Shown: positions 29,247 through 40,740, numbered from the stretch's first letter. The stretch is DNA of 64,000 bases from Labilibaculum sp. (GCF_963664555.1 NZ_OY761461.1:3511769-3575768), one strand, 5' to 3'. Notes: a model not told the origin generated them from the letters alone. Program-made: numbers and translations.

Positions 29247-31043
29247 ATGAGTAAAATTTTAGGACATAGTTTCCATATCCCAGTTATGGGAACCGGATTT
29301 ACGGTGGACACTCCTGTAAAAGTGGCTCATTTAGGAATTTCATCGGTTGTATCAATTGTTGATGATATTCTACTTGAGAAAATGAGAGAATTGTATTGCA
29401 ATAAACTCAGTTTGCCATTTTTACCAATTTCGGAGAAGACTAAAGATTTTCGTGCAGAAAGAATCACCTCTTATCTTAATTTGATAGATAAGATCGTAAA
29501 AGAGAAATTTGAGAATCTAAAATCATCCGTACAAGAAAAGAAAGAAAATCTTGAAGAATATCTTGATTTACTTCCTGATTTTTCAGAAGTAAAAAAAGAA
29601 TTTAAAGAAAAATTTGAAGGCAATTCTTACGTAAAAGAAGCGAAAGAATGGTTGGTAAAAAACCTTCCCCTTGGTTCTATTGATGTAAACATCATGACCA
29701 AGCTAGACAAAGATAACTTTTATGAAGGTGAGCAATTACCTGCAGAATACAACGATGCACATGCAGCTCTTCGTGGATTTGCCATGAGTAACCTGGAGAG
29801 CTCCATGGTTTTATCTGCCGGAATGAACCCACGCTTATATGGTTATTTAGAGCAATTTGAAGACTTTTATCCGGATGAAACCGGCCATATAAAGAAGAAA
29901 ATTGTTCTGAAAGTAAGTGATTACCGCTCTGCTTTAATACAAGGTAAATTCCTTGCTAAAAAAGGAATCTGGATTTCGGAGTTCCGAATTGAATCCGGTC
30001 TGAATTGTGGTGGTCATGCTTTTGCAACCGAAGGCTTTTTAATGGGCCCAATTCTTGAAGAATTTAAGAATAACAGAGAAGAATTAAGAGTAACTCTTAA
30101 TGAGATTTTATTTCAAGCTCTAAAGGGAAAAGAAAGAACCTGTCCAAAATCAAATTTAGACATAAGAATCACAGCTCAAGGTGGAGTTGGAACAGCTGAA
30201 GAGCAGGAGTTCCTTATGGATCATTACAATCTCGACTCAATTGGGTGGGGATCTCCATTTCTTTTAGTTCCGGAAGCTTGCGATGTTGATGAAAATACCT
30301 TACACCTGCTTGAGGAAGCTCAGGAAAAGGATTTAAAGCTTAGTCATGCTTCTCCTCTAGGCGTTCGTTACAACAACCTTGTTGCAAACACCCGAGACAG
30401 AGATGTTCTTAAGAAATTTGCAGAAAACAAGCCAGGAAGCGCATGTACAAAAAAATACATGTTAGCCAATACTGAATTTACAGAAAAACCAATTTGTACA
30501 GCTTCTGTTCAATATCAAAAGTTAAAACTGGCTGATTTAAAAGAGAAAAATCTTCCGGAAAAAGAATATGAAAAAGAAGTTAGCTTACTTCTTGAAAAAA
30601 CCTGTTTGTGTAAAGGTTTATCGGCATCTTCTTTTTTGGTCAATCACATCGACACAAAAGCAGATGGTGATGGGGTTTCGATTTGTCCGGGACCAAACCT
30701 GGCCTATTTTTCGAAAAAGGCTAAATTGAAGGAAATGGTTGATCACATTTACAACAGAACGAATCTGATTGTTAGAACAGACCGGCCTCATATGTTCATA
30801 AAAGAAATGAGCCTGTATGTTGACTATTTAAAAGAACAAATTGATGAGCTTCATAATCCTGTAGCCAAACAACTTAGATCTCTTGAAAAGTACAAAGACA
30901 ACCTCTTAAACGGAGTTGACTACTATAAAAATTTATCAAATAATATAACCGATAAATTTAAAAATATGAAAAGCCAGGTTGGCAAAGACCTCGAGAAATT
31001 AGAACTTGAAATCCGGGGATTGCTAATCTCCTCTGAAAAATAA
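29247..31043 (+). CDS. Conserved hypothetical protein, probable FMN-binding TIM-barrel oxidoreductase (nitronate monooxygenase/FabK-like)
   Basis: 598 aa. ESGLNCGGHAF, ITAQGGVGT and GWGSPFL line up with the AGGH, IAAGGI and MGTRF motifs of the NMO/FabK family. Cys cluster near the C-terminus. Confidence 0.6.
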   Translation: MSKILGHSFHIPVMGTGFTVDTPVKVAHLGISSVVSIVDDILLEKMRELYCNKLSLPFLPISEKTKDFRAERITSYLNLIDKIVKEKFENLKSSVQEKKENLEEYLDLLPDFSEVKKEFKEKFEGNSYVKEAKEWLVKNLPLGSIDVNIMTKLDKDNFYEGEQLPAEYNDAHAALRGFAMSNLESSMVLSAGMNPRLYGYLEQFEDFYPDETGHIKKKIVLKVSDYRSALIQGKFLAKKGIWISEFRIESGLNCGGHAFATEGFLMGPILEEFKNNREELRVTLNEILFQALKGKERTCPKSNLDIRITAQGGVGTAEEQEFLMDHYNLDSIGWGSPFLLVPEACDVDENTLHLLEEAQEKDLKLSHASPLGVRYNNLVANTRDRDVLKKFAENKPGSACTKKYMLANTEFTEKPICTASVQYQKLKLADLKEKNLPEKEYEKEVSLLLEKTCLCKGLSASSFLVNHIDTKADGDGVSICPGPNLAYFSKKAKLKEMVDHIYNRTNLIVRTDRPHMFIKEMSLYVDYLKEQIDELHNPVAKQLRSLEKYKDNLLNGVDYYKNLSNNITDKFKNMKSQVGKDLEKLELEIRGLLISSEK

Positions 31044-31051
31044 TTAACATG

Positions 31052-31080
31052 AAAAGCCAATCGGATATCGATTGGCTTTT
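31052..31080 (+). terminator. Terminator of the 29247..31043 gene
   Basis: AAAAGCCAATCG-GATAT-CGATTGGCTTTT. Confidence 0.8.
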
Positions 31081-31488
31081 CTTTTCCCAATCCCTCACCA
31101 TCAAGCCATTACTCAAGGCGAACAACTAGAATGGCGTAAATTACCCATTTTTTTTGAGTGTTTCCATCCTACACATTGGGTAAAACCAATGATTTTTCTT
31201 TCTAAAAAAACATCCATTTTTGTAAGGTGAAAGGGATATCACAATAAGGTTACTGACCAAATTGTGAAATGAGACGGATTAGCAGCATGTGCTTCTGCTG
31301 CGAGGATACTTTAAATCCTGCATGGTTTAGGTTAGGGTTAGAATTGTGTAGCAGGATTTAAAGTAATTCTCTTTTCTTTCAAAATTAAATTAGAATTCAT
31401 TGGAACGTTTTCCATATTGTTAGTTTTTGCGCAAAACTGTATAAAAGTCTTCACCAACTTTTATGCAGTTTTTTTTTGCTGAAAAAAA

Positions 31489-31514
31489 AGCTGATTTCCT
31501 TTCAGAAATCAGCT
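31489..31514 (-). terminator. Terminator of acn-gltA
   Basis: AGCTGATTTC-CTTTCA-GAAATCAGCT with an adjacent A8 run (T tract on the minus strand). Confidence 0.75.
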
Positions 31515-31539
31515 CAGTCGTATTATATATAAAATGTAT

Positions 31540-32868
31540 TTATTCTTCAGCTTCCACCATTTTCTTGATTCCGGCAATTTTCTCAAGCATATCAGTTGTA
31601 ATTGATTTTGGTCTTTCCAAAGGATATCCTAAAGCCCTGTCCCAAATTACATTGGCACAAATTCCAATTGAACGGCCAATACCGAAAAGAACGGTATAAA
31701 AATCATATTCGGTAACTCCGTAATGCCACTGAATTACACCGGATTGTGCATCAACGTTTGGCCAAGGATTCTTCGCCTTACCATGCTCTTTAAGAATATC
31801 CGGAACTACTTGATAAAGCATATCCGCATATTTAAAAATAGGATCCTCAGGCAGATGTTTCAAACTAAATTCACGCTGAAGCATATATCTTGGATCAGTC
31901 TTACGCAATACAGCATGCCCAAAACCCGGAATTACCTGACCTGAGTTTAATGTATCCCACACAAACTGGGTCATCTCTTCTTTAGAAGGAATCCGATTGT
32001 CCATTTTATCCATTACCTCTTGCAACCATCTTAAAACTTCCTGATTGGCAAGACCATGCAATGGACCAGCCAAACCATTAATCATTGCAGATATAGAAAG
32101 ATAAATATCTGATAATGAACTGGCCACCAAATGGCCTGTATGCGCACTCACATTACCACTTTCATGATCACTATGAATGATGAAATGCAAACGCGACACA
32201 TCGTCGTAAGGCTTTGCAACCCCCATCATGTGAGCAAAATTGGCTCCCATATCTAAATTAGGATTGGATTGAATTCTTGGTCCCTGACGGTACAATTTAT
32301 TATAAATATAAGAAGCTATCTCAGGAAGTTTAGCAAGTAAATTTAACGAATCTTCATAGGTAGCATCCCAATACTCCTTCTTATTTAATCCGGCATGGTA
32401 CTGTCTGTTAAAAACAGATTCCCTGTTTAATGTAAGAATAGCCGTTGAAAAGATTGCCATTGGATGACTGCAGCAAGGAAATGAATCAATTACCTCATAA
32501 ACATAGCGAGGTACAATTCTACGCTTGCTAAATTCATCTACAACCTGCATTACCTCTTCCTGATTTGGAATATCTCCCGTAAGGAGCAAATAAAACAAAC
32601 CTTCAACGTAAGGCATGTCTCCCCCTTTGGGTTTCGGTAAGCCTTTAATTACTTCATCCAATGTAAATCCTCTGTAACGTATCCCTTCATCCGGATCCAG
32701 GTAGGAAATATCAGTAACCAAAGATTTCAGTCCCCTCATTCCTCCAATTATTTGGGATATCGTAACCTGATCAACAACTACATCCCCGTATTCTTCCAAT
32801 AATCTTTTTGTTCTAGGTCTATGTTCCTTAATTTTTTTGAACAAAGTTTGTTTTAATGTTTTTTTCAT
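31540..32868 (-). CDS. gltA: Citrate (Si)-synthase, eukaryotic-type
   Basis: GGMRG, GIRYRG, HSDHESGNVSAH, GLAGPLHGLANQEV, IPGFGHAVLRKTDPR, WPNVDAQSG. Confidence 0.95.
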   Translation of the reverse strand: MKKTLKQTLFKKIKEHRPRTKRLLEEYGDVVVDQVTISQIIGGMRGLKSLVTDISYLDPDEGIRYRGFTLDEVIKGLPKPKGGDMPYVEGLFYLLLTGDIPNQEEVMQVVDEFSKRRIVPRYVYEVIDSFPCCSHPMAIFSTAILTLNRESVFNRQYHAGLNKKEYWDATYEDSLNLLAKLPEIASYIYNKLYRQGPRIQSNPNLDMGANFAHMMGVAKPYDDVSRLHFIIHSDHESGNVSAHTGHLVASSLSDIYLSISAMINGLAGPLHGLANQEVLRWLQEVMDKMDNRIPSKEEMTQFVWDTLNSGQVIPGFGHAVLRKTDPRYMLQREFSLKHLPEDPIFKYADMLYQVVPDILKEHGKAKNPWPNVDAQSGVIQWHYGVTEYDFYTVLFGIGRSIGICANVIWDRALGYPLERPKSITTDMLEKIAGIKKMVEAEE

Positions 32869-32935
32869 ATGGTCTAAACTTTAGGTTTGGAAACCAACCG
32901 GGGAGACTGATTTCACGTTAGGAAATGTTTATTGT

Positions 32936-35203
32936 TTATTTTGCGTTTTGAATTCTGATTAAATTTAAAGCACTTCCTGCTTTAAACCACTCAATTTGAA
33001 CATCGTTGTAGGTATGATTCGCGGCAATTGTATCTTTTGCCCCATCTTCATGCGTAACAATTAATTTCAAAGGTTTCCCTGGAGTAAAATTTGTTAATCC
33101 GATCACATCAAATTTATCCTTCTCCTGAATTTTATCATAATCTGATTTGTTTGCAAATGTCAATGCCAAAACGCCTTGTTTCTTAAGGTTCGTTTCGTGA
33201 ATTCTGGCAAAAGAACGGACGATTACTACCTTAACGCCTAAATGTCTTGGCTCCATTGCTGCATGTTCTCTTGATGAGCCTTCTCCATAATTTTCATCAC
33301 CAACAACAATTGAACCCAATCCACTGGCTTTTAAATCTCTTGCAGTAATCGGCACCTCTTCATATTTTCCGTTTACCGGATTAAATATTGAATTCGTTTC
33401 CTCGTTGAAATAATTAACGGCACCAATCAGCATGTTATTAGAGATATTATCCAAATGCCCTCGGTATCTTAGCCAAGGTCCTGCCATAGAAATATGATCG
33501 GTTGTACATTTTCCTTTTGCCTTAATCAATAATTTCAAGCCGGTCCAGTCTTTACCATCCCAGGCTTGAAATGGGGCAAGCAGCTGCAGACGCTCCGAAC
33601 TCTCATTCACATTAATAACAATAGCACTTCCATCAGCACCGGGAGCCAAATAACCAGAATCCTTCATATCGAATCCATTGGGAGGAAATTCAAAACCTTT
33701 TGGTTCATCTAATTTCACTTCAATACCATCTTCATTAATCAAAGTGTCTGTCATCGGATTAAAACAAAGATCTCCGGCAATAGCCAAAGCTGTGACCAAT
33801 TCCGGCGATGCTACAAAGCCATGAGTATTAGGATTGCCATCATTTCGTTTGGCAAAATTTCTATTAAATGAAGTTATAATAGAATTCTTACGGGTTGGAT
33901 CCTCTGTATGACGTTTCCATTGTCCGATACAAGGTCCGCAGGCATTGGCCATAATTACTCCGCCGATGTCTTCAAACTCCTTTAAAATGCCATCACGCTC
34001 CGTTGTATATCTTACAAGCTCTGAACCTGGAGTCACCACAAATTCCGCTTTTACTTTCAAGTTTTTATCCTTAGCCTGTTTGGCCAAAGATGCTGCTCTT
34101 GAAAGATCTTCGTAAGACGAATTTGTACACGATCCAATTAAACCAACCTCTAATGTCTGAGGGTAATTATTTTCTTTAACAGCCTTTCCAAATTCACTTA
34201 AACTATGAGCTAAATCAGGAGTAAAAGGACCGTTAATATATGGCTGCATTTCGGATAAGTTGATTTCGATTACCTGATCGTAATATGTTTCAGGATTCTC
34301 ATAAACTTCTTCATCGGAACGAAGATGTTCCATTACCACATCAGCCAAATCAGCAACATCTTCACGTCCTGTGTGACGAAGATAGTTACTCATATTTTGA
34401 TCGTAACCAAAAATAGATGTAGTTGCACCAATTTCTGCACCCATATTACAAATGGTTCCTTTACCGGTACAAGACATTGAATCAGCACCTTCTCCAAAAT
34501 ATTCAACAATAGCACCGGTTCCTCCCTTAACGGTCAAAATTCCGGCAACTTTTAATATTACATCTTTAGGAGAAACCCAACCGCTTAATTTTCCAGTCAA
34601 CTTCACCCCTATTAATTTAGGCATTTTCAATTCCCAGGGCATTCCAGCCATCACATCAACAGCATCGGCACCACCAACACCAATTGCAATCATTCCCAGT
34701 CCACCTGCATTAACAGTATGAGAATCGGTTCCAATCATCATTCCTCCTGGAAATGCATAATTTTCAAGAACTACCTGATGGATGATACCTGCACCCGGCT
34801 TCCAGAATCCAATTCCATATTTCTGAGAAACAGACTCTAAAAAGTCATAAACTTCGTTATTTTGTTGTTTTGCATCGGCCAAATCTTTCTCTGCACCAAT
34901 TGATGCCTGAATTAAGTGATCGCAATGAACCGTTGATGGTACAGAAACTTTAGTTTTCCCGGCATTCATAAATTGCAAAAGTGCCATTTGTGCCGTTGCA
35001 TCCTGCATAGCAACTCTATCTGGAGCAAAATTCACATAATCTTCTCCTCTTGTAAACTTATTACCTTTTTCCTCTACGGATAAATGTGAGTACAAAATTT
35101 TCTCGCTCAAGGTAAGTGGTTTGCCTAAATTCTTACGGGCATTTTTCACCCTTTCAGGCATTTGTTCGTAAACAGATTTTATCAATTTAAAATCAAATAG
35201 CAT
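32936..35203 (-). CDS. acnA: Aconitate hydratase (mitochondrial-type, 755 aa)
   Basis: [56 protein letters not shown]. Confidence 0.95.
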   Translation of the reverse strand: MLFDFKLIKSVYEQMPERVKNARKNLGKPLTLSEKILYSHLSVEEKGNKFTRGEDYVNFAPDRVAMQDATAQMALLQFMNAGKTKVSVPSTVHCDHLIQASIGAEKDLADAKQQNNEVYDFLESVSQKYGIGFWKPGAGIIHQVVLENYAFPGGMMIGTDSHTVNAGGLGMIAIGVGGADAVDVMAGMPWELKMPKLIGVKLTGKLSGWVSPKDVILKVAGILTVKGGTGAIVEYFGEGADSMSCTGKGTICNMGAEIGATTSIFGYDQNMSNYLRHTGREDVADLADVVMEHLRSDEEVYENPETYYDQVIEINLSEMQPYINGPFTPDLAHSLSEFGKAVKENNYPQTLEVGLIGSCTNSSYEDLSRAASLAKQAKDKNLKVKAEFVVTPGSELVRYTTERDGILKEFEDIGGVIMANACGPCIGQWKRHTEDPTRKNSIITSFNRNFAKRNDGNPNTHGFVASPELVTALAIAGDLCFNPMTDTLINEDGIEVKLDEPKGFEFPPNGFDMKDSGYLAPGADGSAIVINVNESSERLQLLAPFQAWDGKDWTGLKLLIKAKGKCTTDHISMAGPWLRYRGHLDNISNNMLIGAVNYFNEETNSIFNPVNGKYEEVPITARDLKASGLGSIVVGDENYGEGSSREHAAMEPRHLGVKVVIVRSFARIHETNLKKQGVLALTFANKSDYDKIQEKDKFDVIGLTNFTPGKPLKLIVTHEDGAKDTIAANHTYNDVQIEWFKAGSALNLIRIQNAK

Positions 35204-35577
35204 AGTTTGATGAATTTTTGATTTATATATATTTTTTCATTGGTATTTATTTCGAATCTGAAAAAACGACAAAATAAATGAATCGTTATCGGATTTCCAG
35301 ATCTTTTTATATATTTTATTATACATCTTACTCAAACATCGATTTTCTGACCTACAGCTGTTTATAAGGCTTTCAGCAAAAATAAACCTGTTAAGTATAA
35401 TTAAATTTAAATATCTAAATATAACAAAAACCTGGTATATTAAAAAGCATGTACTAAAAATCTTCATGAGCTTTTAGACAGCTTAAAAAGGGACATAATT
35501 ATCCCTTCCTTCCAATAAATTCCCCCTTGATGAAATTGACTTTTCAGGTATTTCAGAACTTCGGTAAGTAAGTGCTG

Positions 35578-36078
35578 TTATTCGCCTTTACTCCCAAACT
35601 CGACAACTTGAAGATCTTTAATTTCCTTTGCTTCTATTGTGAATTTCACAATAGTCTGCACTTTGTGGAAACCATGAACTCCAGCAGCTCCTGGATTTAT
35701 ATGCAAAAGATTCAATTCTTTATCGAAAATCACCTTAAGAATATGTGAATGACCTGAAATAAATAATTGTGGAGCATTCTCAAAAATTTCGGGTTTTACA
35801 TTCCGATCATAATTTTTGGGATAACCTCCAATGTGTGTGATCCAGACATCAACCTCCTCGCAAACGAAGCGTTGGTGTTTTGGGTAAACAATGCGAACAT
35901 TATGGTCGTCAATATTTCCATGAACTGCTCTAAGCGTTGCGATTTCAGATAATTTATCAGCAATTTCAATTCCTCCGATATCTCCGGCATGCCATATTTC
36001 ATCGCATTCTTTAAGATGCTTTACGACAACTGGGTCAAGCCATCCATGAGTATCAGAAAGTAATCCTATTCGCTTCAT
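35578..36078 (-). CDS. Metallophosphoesterase (YfcE/MJ0936-like)
   Basis: LSDTHG, HAGDIG, GNID, SGHSH, NPGAAG. Confidence 0.9.
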   Translation of the reverse strand: MKRIGLLSDTHGWLDPVVVKHLKECDEIWHAGDIGGIEIADKLSEIATLRAVHGNIDDHNVRIVYPKHQRFVCEEVDVWITHIGGYPKNYDRNVKPEIFENAPQLFISGHSHILKVIFDKELNLLHINPGAAGVHGFHKVQTIVKFTIEAKEIKDLQVVEFGSKGE

Positions 36079-36284
36079 AAATTTTTCTTATTCACAATTT
36101 TGAAGCGTAAATCTACAAAAAGAAAATGAAAGAAAATGCAGTAATAATCAAATTGAATTAAGCAATCGTTAGCGCCGGAAGTAGCATATATCGAGGCTGT
36201 CACCCATGATTGGATTGATTTATCGAACTGAAAAGGCAAGCTATTTAATCGGCAATTAAACAGCTGTAATCAGTAAAAAATGAT

Positions 36285-36292
36285 TACTTTTG
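36285..36292 (+). promoter_or_regulatory. -7 promoter box for prfC
   Basis: TACTTTTG about 30 nt upstream of the ATG. Confidence 0.55.
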
Positions 36293-36323
36293 CATGCTTT
36301 TATTTTTAAAGAAAATACTATAA

Positions 36324-37898
36324 ATGGGGTTTAAAGACGAGATAAAAAGACGAAGAACATTTGGGATTATTTCTCATCCGGATGCGGGAAAAACAACACT
36401 AACTGAAAAATTACTTTTGTTTGGTGGTGCTATTCATGTTGCAGGTGCAGTAAAATCTAATAAAATAAAAAAAACGGCGACTTCCGATTTCATGGAAATT
36501 GAACGACAGAGAGGAATTTCTGTTGCAACTTCCGTAATGGGATTTGAATACAAGGGCCACAAAATAAATATTCTTGACACACCAGGTCACCAGGATTTTG
36601 CTGAAGATACCTTCCGCACACTTACGGCTTGCGATAGCGTAATTATCGTTATTGATGTTGCAAAAGGGGTCGAGGCACAAACCAGAAAATTGATGCAGGT
36701 TTGTAGAATGCGAAAAACTCCGGTTATTGTTTTCATTAACAAAATGGACCGAAGCGGAAAAGACGCATTTGATTTGCTTGATGAAATTGAAACTGAATTG
36801 CAAATTAGTGTGAACCCTTTAAGTTGGCCAATTAACATGGGGCCTGATTTTAAGGGAGTTTACAATATCTATCAGAAAAATTTGAGTTTATTTACACCAG
36901 CAACTCAAACCATTCAGGAAACCATTGAATTTGATGATCTTTCCAATCCTAAATTGGAAGAATACATAGGAAATGATGCCGAAATACTTAGAGAAGAACT
37001 TGATCTTGTTTCGGGTGTTTATCCTGAATTGGATATTCAGGAATATCTGGATGCTAAAATTGCTCCGGTTTTCTTTGGTTCAGCTTTAAATAATTTTGGT
37101 GTTCGGGAGCTTTTGGATGCTTTTATTCAGATTGCACCTTCTCCCCGTCCTTGCCAGACTGTTGAGCGTGTAATTGAACCTACAGAAGAAAAATTCTCAG
37201 GCTTTGTTTTTAAGATTCATGCCAATATGGATCCAAACCACCGTGATCGAATTGCTTTTGTGAAAATTGTATCGGGTGTATTTAGAAGAAATACAGCCTA
37301 TTTACATGTTCGGAATGGCAAAAGAATAAAATTTTCGAGTCCTACAGCATTTATGGCCGAGAAAAAATCGATTATTGAGGAAGCCTATCCAGGTGATATT
37401 GTTGGTTTGCACGATACAGGAAACTTTAAAATTGGTGATACTCTAACGGAAGGTGAAAAAATCCACTTCAAAGGAATTCCGAGCTTCTCTCCTGAGCTGT
37501 TTAAATACATCGAGAATGCTGATCCGATGAAATCGAAACAATTGGCAAAAGGTGTTGACCAATTAATGGATGAAGGAGTTGCACAGCTTTTCACTTCTGA
37601 ATTTAATGGCCGCAAGGTAATTGGTACCGTTGGTGCACTTCAGTTCGAAGTAATTGAATACCGTCTGCTGCACGAATATACTGCCTCATGCCGTTGGGAA
37701 CACATCAACCTTCACAAGGCTTGCTGGATCAAATCCAATGATGATGAACAGCTGAAAGAGTTTAAAAAAGCCAAATATCAATACATCGCAAAAGATAAAC
37801 ACGGAAGGGATGTTTTCCTTGCTGATTCTGGCTATATGCTGCAAATGGCACAAAGCAATTACCCCAAATTGGAATTCCATTTCACATCGGAATTTTAA
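36324..37898 (+). CDS. prfC: Peptide chain release factor 3
   Basis: [42 protein letters not shown]. Confidence 0.97.
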   Translation: MGFKDEIKRRRTFGIISHPDAGKTTLTEKLLLFGGAIHVAGAVKSNKIKKTATSDFMEIERQRGISVATSVMGFEYKGHKINILDTPGHQDFAEDTFRTLTACDSVIIVIDVAKGVEAQTRKLMQVCRMRKTPVIVFINKMDRSGKDAFDLLDEIETELQISVNPLSWPINMGPDFKGVYNIYQKNLSLFTPATQTIQETIEFDDLSNPKLEEYIGNDAEILREELDLVSGVYPELDIQEYLDAKIAPVFFGSALNNFGVRELLDAFIQIAPSPRPCQTVERVIEPTEEKFSGFVFKIHANMDPNHRDRIAFVKIVSGVFRRNTAYLHVRNGKRIKFSSPTAFMAEKKSIIEEAYPGDIVGLHDTGNFKIGDTLTEGEKIHFKGIPSFSPELFKYIENADPMKSKQLAKGVDQLMDEGVAQLFTSEFNGRKVIGTVGALQFEVIEYRLLHEYTASCRWEHINLHKACWIKSNDDEQLKEFKKAKYQYIAKDKHGRDVFLADSGYMLQMAQSNYPKLEFHFTSEF

Positions 37899-37928
37899 TC
37901 ATCTAACTACGATATAAACAATTTTTAT

Positions 37929-38303
37929 ATGGCATTAAAAGAAGGATTATCTGTAACACAAACAATGACTGTCAGCAAAACAGATACAGCAATACATCAT
38001 GGTTCTGGGAAACTGGAAGTGTTTGCCACACCGGCCATGGTGGCTTTCATGGAAAATACGGCCGTTGCCTGTATCGATCCGGAAATGGAAACAGGAACAG
38101 ATAGTGTTGGTATTCAGATTGACACCAAACACAACAAAGCCAGTAAAGTTGGAGCTGTTATTACCTGCACCGCTAAATTAGTGAAAGTAGATGGCAAGAA
38201 ACTAAGTTTCGAAATTGAAGCCTCGGACGAAGACGGAAACATCGGAAACGCATCACATATTCGATACATCATCGATCCTGTGAAATTTATGAGCAGACTA
38301 TAA
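37929..38303 (+). CDS. Hotdog-fold thioesterase (FlK-like)
   Basis: GSGKLEVFATPAMVAFME, SVGIQIDTKH. Confidence 0.88.
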   Translation: MALKEGLSVTQTMTVSKTDTAIHHGSGKLEVFATPAMVAFMENTAVACIDPEMETGTDSVGIQIDTKHNKASKVGAVITCTAKLVKVDGKKLSFEIEASDEDGNIGNASHIRYIIDPVKFMSRL

Positions 38304-38377
38304 TCCCTGCTTTCAAAATATGAGAAAAACCTGCAATTCAATTGAATTTGCAGGCTTTTCCTTTTTCTCCTTTATAC

Positions 38378-39619
38378 TTAATCCATCAAGCGTTTTTCGC
38401 CATTCAGTTTCCGAATATCAGTTACATCCTGACTGACTTCAATACAGCCTTTGTAAGCATCATCTTCATCGCGCAAAGCGAAATACTGAATCAAAATGAA
38501 TCTCCCCTTCATCTGAATCCAAAACGATTCGCTGTCCTTTTCACCACTTTTAAATGTTTTTACCAAATCGTCAACTACATGAACGCTCCCGGGCGGATGA
38601 CAATTCTGTACCGTTCTGCCAATGATCGCTTTCGAACGGGGAAAAAAGCGCTCTTTCGGATTAGAGAAAAAACACACCCTGTCATTTTCATCGATCATGG
38701 TAATATCAACAGGCAAATGATTCAACAACATCATCCCTTGTTTTAACGTCATTAGTCCGGTTTCGAAATTAAGGAGTGTATCACCCAATTGATCCATATC
38801 TAATTTGTCTTCTGCCATTTCGCGCTTGTTTGTTTCTTGCTTTTTTCCCTTTTTTACCAGTTTGGGGGCTTCGATAAAGCTGAAACCAATCTCATGGCTT
38901 TGTGCATTCATTTCCTCCCACAGTTCATCCGAAACAGCATTCAAAGCCACTGGAAACAGCAGGTATTCTTCTCTGGAAATAATTGCATACATGAAAAAGA
39001 ACAAGTCTCCCAACAAACGGTTAATCAATCTTAAATCGATAAAACCGGATGTAAGTTCTGCTGTCAATTGCTTTTGAACTCTTCGGATATCATCGTGAAT
39101 GGACCACATTACACCCAAACATTTGTAATCGGGAAACTGATTTTCGAAATAAGAAAAGAAAATATTTTCTTTGCGCTGGTAATGCTTATCCATCTCAGAC
39201 AAGGCTTCAACCTTAACTTTCAAAGAAGACAATTCTTCAGCCAATTCCGCCTCATCTTTAATTGTGTTGATTCTTTTTGCCAAAGGTTTAATCTCCTTTA
39301 AACGGATATCCAACTGGGCATTTTCCTGCATCATGATGCCTAAAAAATGAGTTGAGTCCACATCAGGCTTTGAATGATTCTGTATCTGCCGATGAAATAC
39401 GTTGAGTGCTTTATTGATTCCTATCTTAAGATCTTCCATTGGAAGTTTTGCCTCAACCAAACGATGTACAACCAAAACAATATCGTTCGGCGTCAATTGG
39501 TCGATAGCCGCCTGATACTCTTTGATTAATTCGGTACCCTTTGCTCCATTTATCAGCTGAAAACAAAAGTCATACAATGAATTAACTCTTGCCTGATTGT
39601 TGTTTATGAATTCGGACAT
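38378..39619 (-). CDS. DUF438 + hemerythrin-like + PAS_10 domain protein
   Basis: N-terminal DUF438-like helices; HYQRKEN..F, VMWSIHDD, EEYLLFP; C-terminal LNHLPVDITMIDE...GRTVQNCHPP...GCIEVSQD. Confidence 0.85.
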   Translation of the reverse strand: MSEFINNNQARVNSLYDFCFQLINGAKGTELIKEYQAAIDQLTPNDIVLVVHRLVEAKLPMEDLKIGINKALNVFHRQIQNHSKPDVDSTHFLGIMMQENAQLDIRLKEIKPLAKRINTIKDEAELAEELSSLKVKVEALSEMDKHYQRKENIFFSYFENQFPDYKCLGVMWSIHDDIRRVQKQLTAELTSGFIDLRLINRLLGDLFFFMYAIISREEYLLFPVALNAVSDELWEEMNAQSHEIGFSFIEAPKLVKKGKKQETNKREMAEDKLDMDQLGDTLLNFETGLMTLKQGMMLLNHLPVDITMIDENDRVCFFSNPKERFFPRSKAIIGRTVQNCHPPGSVHVVDDLVKTFKSGEKDSESFWIQMKGRFILIQYFALRDEDDAYKGCIEVSQDVTDIRKLNGEKRLMD

Positions 39620-39741
39620 ATGGTCATTTTTATCGTTTCTAATTCAGGAAAAATACAATAAAAAGCTCATGAAACCAACACATACAAAAGTTCGACCCCA
39701 TCAAAACAGCAGATATAAAATAAATGATCTGCGAATAAAAC

Positions 39742-40740
39742 CTAAGAATTTACTGAAAAATGATTCATTAGATATTTAATCACATTCCGCGCATTATCAG
39801 GGTAATTTATGTGAACTGCCTTTTCCTTTTCTTTCAGCCAATGCCCGATTAACTCAATACTGTATTTCTCTAAATCGTAAAAAACAGGAACGCCTAATTC
39901 TTCCAAAGCATAAGCATTACAAACCTGCTCGAATTGATTCTTCATTGGGATCACGGCCAGTTTCTTTCCTAAATACATGGTTTCGGCAGGTGTTTCGAAA
40001 CCGGCTCCGCAAAGAACTCCTTCACAATCTTTTAATCCTTCGATAAATTCTTCGGAATTAACAGGCCGAATGCTGACATTATTTTTCTGATAAACCTGTT
40101 TGCTGTGTTTCGAGAAAACCAGCCAATGAGTAGATGAAAACATCGACAGCACAGAAATTATTTTCTCATCGGAATAAGCCGGTAGATACACCACATAAAA
40201 GCCCTTGTTCTGCACTTCTAATTTTCGGATTTCCCTTCGTATTATCGGTGTAAACATATTGTGTCCGTATTCTTTAAAATGAAAGCTTAAATTCTGTGAA
40301 CATGGAGCATAGTATTTTAATATTTTAAATCCGAATGCATCTTTATTTTCCGGCAAAGGAGTTCTGCTGTTCAGCATTGCTGACTGATGGCTCAGTCCGA
40401 GACAAAACACCTTTTTCAATTTACAGGCCCATGCAGTAAGCGGCTCAAAGTCGCTGATTACCAAATCGTACTCTTCAACCGGAAGTGATTTTATGTCCCG
40501 GATAAAACGGTAAACATTAAATTTTCGAATGGTCTTCCAAATATCTACACCGCCATTCTTACCAAAAAAGAAGCCCAATCCATGCTTTTTATATTTAACT
40601 GGATGATGGAATTCCAAATCGTGATGCAAACCCGAAATCAGAATATCGACTTCAGCTTCTTTTTTTAAATGAGGAATTAATTCAATTGCCCGGCTTAAAT
40701 GTCCATTGCCGGTACCTTGAATTCCGTATAGTATTTTCAT
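39742..40740 (-). CDS. Glycosyltransferase (GT-B, MJ1255/VC2487-like)
   Basis: ILYGIQGTGNGHLSRA, ISDFEP, GAGFETPAE, QFEQ..NA. Confidence 0.88.
   Translation of the reverse strand: MKILYGIQGTGNGHLSRAIELIPHLKKEAEVDILISGLHHDLEFHHPVKYKKHGLGFFFGKNGGVDIWKTIRKFNVYRFIRDIKSLPVEEYDLVISDFEPLTAWACKLKKVFCLGLSHQSAMLNSRTPLPENKDAFGFKILKYYAPCSQNLSFHFKEYGHNMFTPIIRREIRKLEVQNKGFYVVYLPAYSDEKIISVLSMFSSTHWLVFSKHSKQVYQKNNVSIRPVNSEEFIEGLKDCEGVLCGAGFETPAETMYLGKKLAVIPMKNQFEQVCNAYALEELGVPVFYDLEKYSIELIGHWLKEKEKAVHINYPDNARNVIKYLMNHFSVNS

Noticed and set aside
31324-31341. Telomere-like GGTTTAGGTTAGGGTTAG
   Set aside because: Only one exact TTAGGG, inside a hairpin loop; consistent with chance.
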